A DNA stretch of 63,956 bases, the filler included, from Klebsormidium nitens (lineage: Eukaryota; Plantae; Klebsormidiophyceae): the NCBI GenBank assembly GCA_000708835.1. It is 4 parts of 4 records of this genome, joined end to end, with 100 filler letters (N's around TTAATTAATTAA, not from the genome) between each part and the next. Parts side by side here need not be neighbours in the genome. Positions count along the whole stretch, not along the records: positions 49,681 to 60,958 come from DF238130.1; positions 61,059 to 63,956 come from DF238627.1; 2 more parts are not named here. The stretch is one strand, 5' to 3'. The first letter of the stretch is position 1; every line of letters begins with the position of its first letter. The notes under the pieces are model-generated. The model did no database searches, had not been told where the DNA came from, and saw only the letters and a list, made by a program, of their open reading frames with translations. The translations under genes and the position numbers were made by a program. Below, one piece after another: positions 52,292 to 61,250 of the stretch.

Positions 52292-53389
52292 ATGGGGCAC
52301 GTGAGCGCCCTTCCCTCCGAGGTGCTGAGCATCATTCTCAACAAGGTGGCGACGGACGAGGACAGCCAGGTGCAGGATCTGTGCAGGTCCGAAGCCGTGT
52401 GCAAGGAGTGGAAGGAGGTTGCTCGGGATTCCTGCTGGCATGCGCTACTCAAGAAGTTGCTGGGTCTTTCCGACCCTTGCCGCTGGGACGAGGCTGCTTG
52501 GTTGATCAGCCGCTTCCACAGGGTCAAAGGTGGAAGATTTGCTGCTTCAGCTGCAAAGCAGCTCTTCAAGCTTCACGAGTCTGATCTCCAGCTACTGCAG
52601 CCTGCCAAGCAACGGGTGCGGCAGCACGACACTCAAGTGTTCCTCATCAGGCACTATGATTTTGCCGACCTGCTCAGAGCCGCCCTAGCAAAGTATGGCA
52701 GCGTGGAGCTCTACAGGGAGCACGTCTGGAGGTGCAGCGAGAGGGCAAGCAAGAGGGCCAGCACCGCCTTCCAGAAGGGGGTCGCGCGTCGTGAGCAGGT
52801 TGGCGAAGCACTCAAGTCATTTGACGAGGGGGTGCGTGGCCTGGTTGCCGACGCCGTAGAGAACTACGTGGTCAGGAACCGAGGGACACTGGAGGGCGTG
52901 TTCAGGAGGGCAACAAACATCAGGGAGCGCAGAGAAGACATATCCTCCTTGCTGTCAGAGGGGGGGCTCAAGCTGGAGGACGTGCCTCTGTGCGTGATGT
53001 CCTTCCAGTTGTTTGAAAAGGGCCTTATGGACAGAGGGCGCATCGTGGACGAGTTGGCAAGGCACGTGGCCCTGAGTGAGGGGCTGAAGGCAAGGGGGGT
53101 CGTCTTCAACACCTATTCCACGAGTCTCTGTGCCTGTCGACGCTACGTGCGCTTCTCCGGACAGCTCGCCCCCCTTCTGGATGCTGTCGAGATCCGCGAG
53201 TTCTACAGGTCACGCATGGGCTGCCTCGATGGGGAGAACCAGGCCCGCGCGCTGGCCAGGTGGATGCAAGGGAGGACCGAGCTCGAGATCCTGCAAGATG
53301 CGCCCGAAGCAGTCTGTCAGACAGAAGAGTTTCAGCAGTGCCTGCTCAGGAGGTTTCCCGCGGCAGATGTCTCCGTCAAGAAAGCGTAG
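52292..53389 (+). CDS. F-box protein with XPA-C-terminal-like domain
   Basis: F-box LPSEVLSIILNKV..LCR..VCKEW..VA, then AKQLFKLHESDL..HYDFADL..AALAKYGS..RR..V..AL. Intronless, 365 aa. Confidence 0.65.
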   Translation: MGHVSALPSEVLSIILNKVATDEDSQVQDLCRSEAVCKEWKEVARDSCWHALLKKLLGLSDPCRWDEAAWLISRFHRVKGGRFAASAAKQLFKLHESDLQLLQPAKQRVRQHDTQVFLIRHYDFADLLRAALAKYGSVELYREHVWRCSERASKRASTAFQKGVARREQVGEALKSFDEGVRGLVADAVENYVVRNRGTLEGVFRRATNIRERREDISSLLSEGGLKLEDVPLCVMSFQLFEKGLMDRGRIVDELARHVALSEGLKARGVVFNTYSTSLCACRRYVRFSGQLAPLLDAVEIREFYRSRMGCLDGENQARALARWMQGRTELEILQDAPEAVCQTEEFQQCLLRRFPAADVSVKKA

Positions 53390-53403
53390 CACTTGATAGG
53401 CGC

Positions 53404-54084
53404 ATGTATACCTTCCTGTCCTATGCTGACGGAGAACCTTACCTGTCACGAGCCCGTGAGCTAGTGAAGAGTGCAATTGAACCAGGCAGATTTGACTGCT
53501 CGAGGTTGGCCACCAAGGCCGACCTGGACCCTTTGTTCTGCATAGAAAACCGCAACATACTGTCTGCCAAGAGGGGAGGCGGCCTGTGGCTGTACAAGCC
53601 TTATGTGATCCTGAAGACTCTCCTCTCAATGCAAGAAGGAGACGTGCTGTGCTACTGCGATTCTCTGTACCTGTTTCGGCGCAACTTCCGCCCATACATT
53701 GATGAATGGCTGAAGGACAGCAGCATTGGGCTGGCTCGCAACAAGCCCAACGAGGGATCCTTTTCCGAGCTGGAGTGGACAAAGATGGATTCATATCACA
53801 TCATGGGCGTGAACTTTGAGCATGCATCCAAGACGCCGCAGGTGTGGGGCGGCTTCTTAGTGCTTCGCAAGAGCCTGTTCACGATCCGCTTTGTCTCTGC
53901 GTGGCTGACATACTGCACGGACTATCGCCTGATCAGTGACTGTCCGAGCTCGTTGCCGGACTGTTCGGGCTTCAAAGAGCACCGCCATGACCAGTCCGTT
54001 CTATCCCTCCTCGCCAAACGGTGGGGAATCCGCTTCACCGAGTTCCCCCCCGGCCTTCTGCTCAACCTGCGAAAACCGCAGTAA
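53404..54084 (+). CDS. Soluble GT-A-like glycosyltransferase (bacterial/giant-virus type)
   Basis: Reads RGGGLWLYKPYVI, YCDS, WTK, QVWGGF and EHRHDQSVLSLL. No signal anchor, intronless, starts 14 bp after the F-box stop. Confidence 0.7.
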   Translation: MYTFLSYADGEPYLSRARELVKSAIEPGRFDCSRLATKADLDPLFCIENRNILSAKRGGGLWLYKPYVILKTLLSMQEGDVLCYCDSLYLFRRNFRPYIDEWLKDSSIGLARNKPNEGSFSELEWTKMDSYHIMGVNFEHASKTPQVWGGFLVLRKSLFTIRFVSAWLTYCTDYRLISDCPSSLPDCSGFKEHRHDQSVLSLLAKRWGIRFTEFPPGLLLNLRKPQ

Positions 54085-54097
54085 GACAACCAAGCTA

Positions 54098-54634
54098 CTA
54101 GTAATCACTTCGGACTCTGTTGAAGTTATTTTTGGCTTTGTTATAGTTGACCCCCGCTCCTCGATACGGCGCGCTGTTGCGAGGCCTTGAATTGTTCGAG
54201 ATGCGCCGAAGTGGACCTCCAGAGGGCATCAACCGAATGTTGTTGTGCAGGCGAGGTTTCTGGTTGACGATATGTTCGATTGTGTCATCGTCCATGAGAT
54301 ATCCAGGAATCAACAGCAGTGGAAAGTCTGACTCTTCCTCGCCCTGGCGATTCTGGCGCAATATGATCTCCGCTATCAGGGGTGCCTTTGGAAGGAAATA
54401 ACGCACTGCTTCTGAGATGGACAGAGCTCTCTTGTTGTTTCGGTTGCTCCCCTGATGACCCTTTTCAAGAACAAACGTCTGATTGCCTGTATATCTCAAG
54501 AATTCAAACTCAGCACCGTCCTTCTGCAGAGTCACAATGCTTAGTTTGCATTCTGCATCGGGGACATGCACTGAAGCAATCAGCTCAAGACCGTGTCTTA
54601 TCAGCCCAATCGGATCTGCTTGCAAGTATGCCAT
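54098..54634 (-). CDS. Hypothetical protein (ORFan, Asn/Arg-rich tail)
   Basis: 178-aa intronless ORF tightly packed between its neighbours. Confidence 0.55.
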   Translation of the reverse strand: MAYLQADPIGLIRHGLELIASVHVPDAECKLSIVTLQKDGAEFEFLRYTGNQTFVLEKGHQGSNRNNKRALSISEAVRYFLPKAPLIAEIILRQNRQGEEESDFPLLLIPGYLMDDDTIEHIVNQKPRLHNNIRLMPSGGPLRRISNNSRPRNSAPYRGAGVNYNKAKNNFNRVRSDY

Positions 54635-54656
54635 GTACTACAAGACAAAGGTAAAA

Positions 54657-55607
54657 TCACCTACACTCTCTCTCACAAGTCAGGGCTTTGACGATGAATG
54701 AATTCACGATCAGCGATGCTGACAAGTGCGGCAGGTGGCCGCTTGTGGGCAGTACTTCCAATTCCGAATTGCGAATCGCTCTTGCCATGAATTGGGCAAC
54801 CTCGAGTGGAACGGCAACGTCGTTCTGGCTCTGCAGGATCATGCAAGGCGGGTGCACTTCCGGCAGTATGTGACGCAAGTCGATCCTGAAGATCATGCTG
54901 CAAGTGGCGAGAGCGACATCGGGCCGGATGTGCAGGAGCCCCTCCGTGAACTTGCGGATTGCCGGCTGGTTTGGCTCCCCAATTGCAACGGGGGCGAAGC
55001 CCTTTGCCCAGTCTGTGTAGCCTCTCTCCATCGATGAGAAGAGCCCCCTCAGGTCGTTCTCTGAAAAGCCACCGACGTAGCCCTCCTTCGGATCATTGAG
55101 GTACCTAGGTGAGGATGCAAGAAGCACGATCCTTTCAAAGAGGTGCGGCCGTGTCACGCTTGCCAGAAGGCCGATCATCCCGGAGACGGAATGGCCCACG
55201 AAGGCGCAGGTCTTGATTCCGAGGGCGTCTGCAATGTCAAGGAGATCGCTCGCGTACGCGTCTATTGTCCGGTACCGCTTGAAATCGAACGCCCTGCTCC
55301 CGCGGCTTCTTGCGGAACGGAAGCAGCCAAGGAGAGGCCGTTTCATGTGCCTCTTCTCGAAGCGCTGGAATGCGGCGCTTAGCCCCGCGTCATTGAGATC
55401 GAAGGCGTCGCTCACGGTGCCCACGTAGGTGAGGTTGTAGCTGACGACCTGGAATCCCCGGCGCACCAGGAGCGGCTCGAGCTCCCTCCAGACGCTCCTG
55501 TCCGTCCCAAAACCGTGGCCTAGTAGGACAATGCGCGAGCCCTCATCTCCAGTCACTCTGACGCGGTGCCTCTCCAATATTGATTTTGCGGGGGGCCGTC
55601 TACCCAT
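54657..55607 (-). CDS. KAI2: KAI2/D14-family alpha/beta-hydrolase (karrikin/strigolactone receptor-like), intronless
   Basis: Reads GHGFGTDRSVW, FDFKRY, FVGHSVSGMIG (Ser), SPRYLND..YVGGF, W..GFAP, RPDVAL..IF, NDVAVP (Asp) and GHLPHLS (His). The symbol denotes family membership, not proven orthology. Confidence 0.88.
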   Translation of the reverse strand: MGRRPPAKSILERHRVRVTGDEGSRIVLLGHGFGTDRSVWRELEPLLVRRGFQVVSYNLTYVGTVSDAFDLNDAGLSAAFQRFEKRHMKRPLLGCFRSARSRGSRAFDFKRYRTIDAYASDLLDIADALGIKTCAFVGHSVSGMIGLLASVTRPHLFERIVLLASSPRYLNDPKEGYVGGFSENDLRGLFSSMERGYTDWAKGFAPVAIGEPNQPAIRKFTEGLLHIRPDVALATCSMIFRIDLRHILPEVHPPCMILQSQNDVAVPLEVAQFMARAIRNSELEVLPTSGHLPHLSASLIVNSFIVKALTCERECR

Positions 55608-55623
55608 TGCTCAATACACATGC

Positions 55624-56052
55624 TCAAGAAAGGTGGTCGACCATCTGCTGAAGGAAGGCGTTCAGCTCCGCCTGGTTGTCCTCGTCAACCTCTTCCCACT
55701 GAGCGATGAACGCCTGCTTCTGATCTGCGGGCAGGCCCCTCCATTTGGCAAAGATTACCCTCTGCTTTTCGGCAGGCACCCCAAAAACCGTCAGCTGCTG
55801 CTCTCCAACTGAGAAGACGTCGAGAGGGATGTCTTCAAACGAGTTGCCCAAGACGTCCTTCTTCAGCTCCGGGTTGACGACCTGAGCCCTCCGCTGCCCT
55901 GCATAGGCCCTTGCGCTCCCGTCGTCTAGAACGACCACAGGCGTGTTGGATAGGCCCAGCAGGTTGGTCCTTTGAACGGTCCCAAAATCCTCCACTTCCC
56001 TGACAAATGCACGTGTGCCAGGTGCGACGAGGGGGGTCTGCTCTGATGCCAT
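55624..56052 (-). CDS. Hypothetical protein (ORFan)
   Basis: MASEQTPLV...VDHLS*, about 142 aa, protein-like composition, ending 16 bp upstream of the KAI2-like ATG. Confidence 0.55.
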   Translation of the reverse strand: MASEQTPLVAPGTRAFVREVEDFGTVQRTNLLGLSNTPVVVLDDGSARAYAGQRRAQVVNPELKKDVLGNSFEDIPLDVFSVGEQQLTVFGVPAEKQRVIFAKWRGLPADQKQAFIAQWEEVDEDNQAELNAFLQQMVDHLS

Positions 56053-56418
56053 GTCTGTAGTATACAGGCCACAAATTATTTGAAGGCACAACTCTTGTCA
56101 CTGCACGTGACTGCCCCCTTTGAGAGTGGTGTGTATGCAGACCAAGCAAGACTTCCCATCGATGTTACTGTATCAATGTGCACCACGTTCGACTCGACTG
56201 GCCTTTGAGGCATATGCATCTGACCGCTGTCCGCAAGGGGGGCCGGCCTCTCTGGGACTTTGGCATCTCGTGAACATCTGTCACGGTGTTCACTCGAGTC
56301 TTTTCCAGCAAAGTGAATCGTGACCAGGGGCCCGGTCCACTGTGGACAGATCAACCGATCTGTCGCAGGCGCACCCAGCACCTCTGTAGGAGCGTCAAAG
56401 CCTTTCTCGCAGAGGCGT

Positions 56419-56778
56419 TCAAGGTCTTGGTGGCATGTCGTTGGGTGCAAGCAGCAGCACATCCGGGCCACGAACTGACTCCAACCCATTTCTCATACCA
56501 TCTCTTTTTGATTTCAATGAAGTAGACGCACATGTTGCCAGCCTTGGGAACTGTCTCGAGCTCCTATGAAAGCGGTCCAAACACGGAGCCCATGTTGTCT
56601 GCCCCTTGCACTTTGCAATGCAATCGTTCAAGTACATGCGCTCATCAGCACACACCGGTGAAAGATACGGTGGACAGCGGCATGGGAGAGGATACGGGTC
56701 GACAGGTGTCATGAGCACGCTTGTCATGGTGGCTGCTGACAGCACGAGTGCCCGGATGGATTGCTCAACAGCAGACAT
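56419..56778 (-). CDS. Small secreted Kazal-like protease inhibitor
   Basis: Hydrophobic leader, then CRCPPYLSPVCADERMYLNDCIAKC-x7-C. This is the Kazal cysteine pattern, one residue short between Cys3 and Tyr. Confidence 0.5.
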   Translation of the reverse strand: MSAVEQSIRALVLSAATMTSVLMTPVDPYPLPCRCPPYLSPVCADERMYLNDCIAKCKGQTTWAPCLDRFHRSSRQFPRLATCASTSLKSKRDGMRNGLESVRGPDVLLLAPNDMPPRP

Positions 56779-57409
56779 ACAGATGACCACCATTTTTGCA
56801 CAGGCCACGCACGTCCGCATCATCACATTATGTGGATTTATGGTAACTCTGAGACTACATGGACCATTTGGGCTACCCATACTTCATCCAACGGACGAGA
56901 TCAGCACCGGCATCCTTTTTCCATCTGGAGCAACTCGACCTTGCAGAGAGGGGGGAAATCCCTCAAAAACACGAGCCTATCAAGGAGAAACACCAACAAA
57001 GCAAGGAGCGAAAATGGTTCCGAGACCCGTGCCGAGCCTGCGACCCTTTTGAAAGCAGCTACACTTCATAAAACGACTCCTCTACTGTGCATCTTTTATT
57101 ACCATTTTCGCCCAAACNNNNNNNNNNNNNNNNNNNNGGAATTAACCTATTGAAAAGGTAATCATATAATCGTGAAGGGTCTCTTGAGAGCTACAGAAGC
57201 AGTTCGAGTTGCCCCTGTTGCGCTGCATTGTTGAGGACCTCAGAAACCCACCACCAATTTGCTTGTAAAGCTGTCCCATCTCGCCACATCCTCAAACAAT
57301 AAGGACGGCCAAGATAAACAATAAGGACGGCATCTTGGCCGATTCACGACATACAAGGCACGCGATTTATATAAAAGAGCGCATGTTGGCTCACAACCAC
57401 CCGCAGAGA

Positions 57410-57645
57410 AGGTGTGGAGTCCACCTCAGCCTCACCAGCAGGTGTCTTTTTGAGATCGACGGTCGACTGAGGAGTTTTCATGGGTGTCCGACGGCTCACA
57501 AGCCCACAGGAACGGTGTGGGAAGGTGCGGAGTCCGCGTCAGCCTCTCACCGGCGGGTGGCTTTTTGAGATCGACGGTCGACCGACGAGTTTTCAGTTGT
57601 GTCCGACGGCTCACAGGCCCGCAGAACCGGTGTGGGAAGGTGCGG
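57410..57645. repeat. About 2 x 115-bp tandem repeat with palindromic TCGACGGTCGA core, partial third copy at about 57720
   Basis: TTTTTGAGATCGACGGTCGAC occurs at about 57446 and 57562, and GACGGCTCACA(A/G)GCCC occurs three times. Confidence 0.8.
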
Positions 57646-57853
57646 AAGAGTGACTGGCGGTGAGGGAAGGTGCGTCTGGCTTCACCGCCGGGTGTTATTA
57701 AGTGAACTGAAGTGTGCTTGACGGCTCACAAGCCCGTAAACCCGGTGATGCTGGTGCAAAAGGGTGATTCTTTGCTTTAGAGACTGAGGGTATAGGTGCT
57801 GTGGGTACAAGGAAAGCCATTTCCTTTCAAAGGAACAAAGCACTTTCCCTGCG

Positions 57854-58093
57854 ATGGATAACTCTCAGATCATCTCTCCAACACCGCAGCGGACAATCCC
57901 TGTCGTAGCACTCCAAGCAGAAGCAACCAATACAAGTGCAAAGCAACACATGCTGACAGCAGATAAGCTTTCCTGGCTTTATGCTTCTTTGAGCGTCCTG
58001 GAACGCCACGAGCGGATCACCAAAGAAGAGCCGCTGCGGATTCAGCTGCAAAGGAAACGCCTGCTGCAATTGGCAACCAGAGACCCTGAGTGA
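57854..58093 (+). CDS. Possible small hypothetical protein upstream of dUTPase
   Basis: 79-aa ORF ending 34 bp before the dUTPase ATG. No domain recognised. Confidence 0.3.
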   Translation: MDNSQIISPTPQRTIPVVALQAEATNTSAKQHMLTADKLSWLYASLSVLERHERITKEEPLRIQLQRKRLLQLATRDPE

Positions 58094-58127
58094 GGGCAGC
58101 AGGCCTTTAGCCAAGAGACTGTGATCT

Positions 58128-58964
58128 ATGGAGACAACGCCTACAGACGCCCTGTTGGTGAAGAGGCTTGTTCCAGAGGCAACACTCCCAAAGTGCGCAT
58201 CCCCAGGAGATGCAGGCTATGACCTCAGCGCAGCTGCAGACCAGAGCATCGCATCTGGCAGCTGGGGTCTCGTCAGGACGGGGATATCCATTGCTGTCCC
58301 TGAAGGGACGTACGGGCGCGTCGCTCCACGCTCTGGCCTCGCTATCAAGAACGGTATTGTCGTTGGGGCAGGAGTGGTTGACAGGTAAGACAGGACTGGA
58401 AAGACCTCTCGTGTGTCTCCTGCAACTATGCTGGCGATTGTCGAGGGATGCAGCAGCTGAAGCCAATGGTGAAGATGCATGCAGGTGCATTGGAGGCTCC
58501 TGAAGGTTTTGCCCGCTAGTGCCTCGGTTACTTCAGTGCAGTGCATGGGAGTATGCAGAGCATGCTGAGCCTCTGGTTCCTTTCATTCAGCATACAAACG
58601 CCGGCTACTTGCTGTGCAATCTGAGGATATAGGTGCTGGGCTTAGCAGCTGAGATTGATGAAGCTTCACGGTTTCCAGCTTAGAACTGCATCTTGGAGCA
58701 GAGGTTGTTTGTGAAAGTGTACCTCCTCCCTGTCCTTGTTGCATCCATGCACGCATGAATACATGCCTACTCTTGTGCAGGTCGTACCGGGGGGAGGTTG
58801 GCGTCGTGCTCTTCAATCATGGCCCAGGAACGTTCCAGGTCAGGAAGGGAGACAGGATTGCTCAGCTCATCTTGGAGAAGATTGCCAGCCCGCCAGTCGT
58901 CGAGGTGGAGTCTTTGAGCGTCACACACCGGGGTGCAGGAGGCTTTGGAAGTACAGGGGTTTGA
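58128..58964 (+). CDS. dut: Trimeric dUTPase, 146 aa, one intron (58385-58780)
   Basis: All five motifs are present: AGYDL, PRSG, GVVDR|SYRGE, GDRIAQL and [10 protein letters not shown]. The intron is AG|GTAAGA...TGTGCAG|G in phase 2. Confidence 0.95.
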
Positions 58965-59121
58965 AGCAGCAGGGCTTAGGAAGAAGGGAGGGCAGGCAAA
59001 GCACAAGGATTTCACAGTTTGCAAGAGAGGCTTGCATACATACATATCAGCAAACTAGCCGGGGGTCCAAGACTCTTGTACTACAATCTGTTATAATTTC
59101 TTTCTTCTCCAGGGAAGGAAT

Positions 59122-59542
59122 AATAACACATTAGTAGTACAAAGTTTCCCCTTTGGTCTCCAGTCGCCGATATGTATGTATGTAAGGCCATACCCCCAAA
59201 AGATGTAATATAGTAATTGACTTTTTGGAGAAGAGAATATAACAGATTAGCAGTACAGAGTTTCCCCTTTGGTCTCCAGTCGCCGATATGTATGTATGTA
59301 AGGCCATACCCCCAAAAGATGTAATATAGTAATTGACTTTTTGGAGAAGAGAATATAACAGATTAGCAGTACAGAGTTTCCCCTTTGGTTTCCAATCGCC
59401 GATATGTATGTATGTAAGGCCATACCTGAAAGAGACGCAATATAGTAATTGACCTTTTGAAGAAGAGAACATAACAGATTAGTAGTACAGAGTTTTCCCT
59501 TTGGTTTCCTGTTGCCGATATGTATGTATGTAAGGCCATGCC
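59122..59542. repeat. AT-rich 116-bp tandem array (about 3.6 copies)
   Basis: AGTTTCCCCTTTGG starts at 59143, 59259, 59375 and 59491. Each unit carries (TATG)3. Copies diverge toward the right. Confidence 0.95.
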
Positions 59543-59580
59543 TGGGGGAACAAATGCCAGAAAGCGAAACTGCCACTAAC

Positions 59581-60958
59581 TTAGTCGGAATCACTTGACT
59601 CAAAGTCGGTCTGGTCGTCCTCAGAGTCCGTCTCGCTCTTCTGAACCATGGTGTCTGGCTGGTAGTACGGGTTCAGTAGCCTATTGTTGAACGGCCCCTT
59701 GGGCTTTGGCACGTAGTAGCGTATTACCATGGTTAGGGAGCAATTCACACCCATGAAGTCATAAAGAAAGCCGTCAGAACCCCAGAATTGGAGCGTCATG
59801 CAAGGCAGTTTGCCGATCGGGTGAAAAGGGCGCGGCTGAATCGTCGAAAAGTCAAATCTTGAGTCAGTATAGCCAAGGATTGAAAGCTTAAACTTTGCCA
59901 ATGGGTAGTTGAATGGCTGAAAGGCCCTCGAGCGGTACATGTTGCTCTCAATCTCGGGGATCCTGAGGACCGCATAAGGCAGGCCCGTCAGGTCGTACAT
60001 GCCAGGGGCAATGAGGGTTTGAGCTCCGACGGTGATGCTTGCCCGCCCGACGACGAGTGCGTGATCGTCTGCCAGAGGCGCCCACGAAACCTGATTTGTT
60101 GAGTTGATGACTGAGAAAGCTGGAATGTCAGGGGCGCTCGCAGCAACCAGAGGCACGTTGCCTGAGGCCCCAAAGTCCAATACTAGCCAGTACACGCTCG
60201 ATTGGTCGAGGTACGGTGAGGTCCTCTGGTCGAAAGAGATCGTGGCAAGGCCGCCCGTGCTGGCAATTGCGCTCCCGCTTGCAATGGAGGTCAGGAGCGG
60301 ACCGTTCGGCCCTGTAGGGGCGACCCGCCAAGCAAAGGGCGTGCCGGGTTGTACAACGGCAACTTGCAGATTCTCCAAGATACCTGACGACTGGTCCGAG
60401 AGCAGGCGCAGGGCGTAGTACCGGGAAGGGGGGGCGGGCTGAGGCACCTCCGGTGAGTAGTTTGCATGCAACCACGAGTAGATTGTGGTGGAGACAGGGT
60501 TGGTGATCATCGAATAGAAGCGCTGCGGCTCGGCAGGGTCCGCATAAAAGGAGGAGCCCGCCTTCCTGTGATTGTATGCGAGCTCGTCAAAGCCAATGAT
60601 GTGATTTATGGTCGAATTTGCCATGTCAAAGGAAAAGCGGCGAGGGCAACTGAATTTCAATGTCAGCCGCAGGTTGGTCGGGGCTGACTCGAAGGTGGTT
60701 GTAACCCCCAAGGGATTCAGCACACTGTTGAGGGCGTCAAGCATCGTGGTGTCTGTATGACTTCCCATCGCGACTCTGACCACGTGCGTCGCATTGTCGG
60801 GCGTCGTGAGAGTTAAAGTATTGCTGTTCTCGCTGACTGTAAATTGCGTTCTTGGAATTTGTGCATCCAAAACGTCCACTGAGAACACATTTCGAAATGG
60901 CTCTGCGAAGTCGACCCGGAACTCTGACGGTGTGGGCCAGACGGTTCGGTCGCGGTCC
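59581..60958 (-). CDS. NCLDV penton/minor-capsid-like protein (5' end in the gap)
   Basis: The frame is open up to the gap. N-terminal DRDRTVWPTPSEFRVDFAEPFRNVFSVDVLDAQIPRTQFTV and C-terminal HPIGKLPCMTLQFWGSDGFLYDFMGVNCSLTMVIRY match the recalled pattern of the NCLDV single-jelly-roll penton family. There is a large central insertion. Intronless. Confidence 0.7.
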
Positions 60959-61250
60959 NNNNNNNNNNNNNNNNNNNNNNNNNNNNNNNNNNNNNNNNNN
61001 NNTTAATTAATTAANNNNNNNNNNNNNNNNNNNNNNNNNNNNNNNNNNNNNNNNNNNNCATCACAGATAGACAAGACCAGGTCGAGTCATCTGGATAGAA
61101 CGCCGTACATCAACGGTCTCACAGCGCGCCGTTAAGACGTAACCGCTGTCGTTTCGCTAACAAGCAGCTAACGAAATCCTGACGAGAACGAGGTTAGGCT
61201 TAACCAGACGTAATCGTCACACTAAAGGCCTCAAAGATTCCACGAGCTTT

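Noticed and set aside
55290-55417. KAI2-like insert as a canonical intron
   Set aside because: The GTGAGC donor with the GAGCAG acceptor shifts the frame, and no in-frame acceptor restores the family alignment.
54657-55607. Bacterial RsbQ contamination
   Set aside because: The motifs are plant-type, there is no RsbP partner or operon context, and intron-containing genes lie on the same contig.
56076-56489. 137-aa ORF with an MG..CCC lipidation-like start
   Set aside because: It overlaps both neighbours and has no other support.
59122-59542. CRISPR array or repeat-protein ORFs (59131-59472, 59247-59603)
   Set aside because: Whole 116-bp units repeat with no unique spacers. The period is not a multiple of 3, so the ORFs are incidental.
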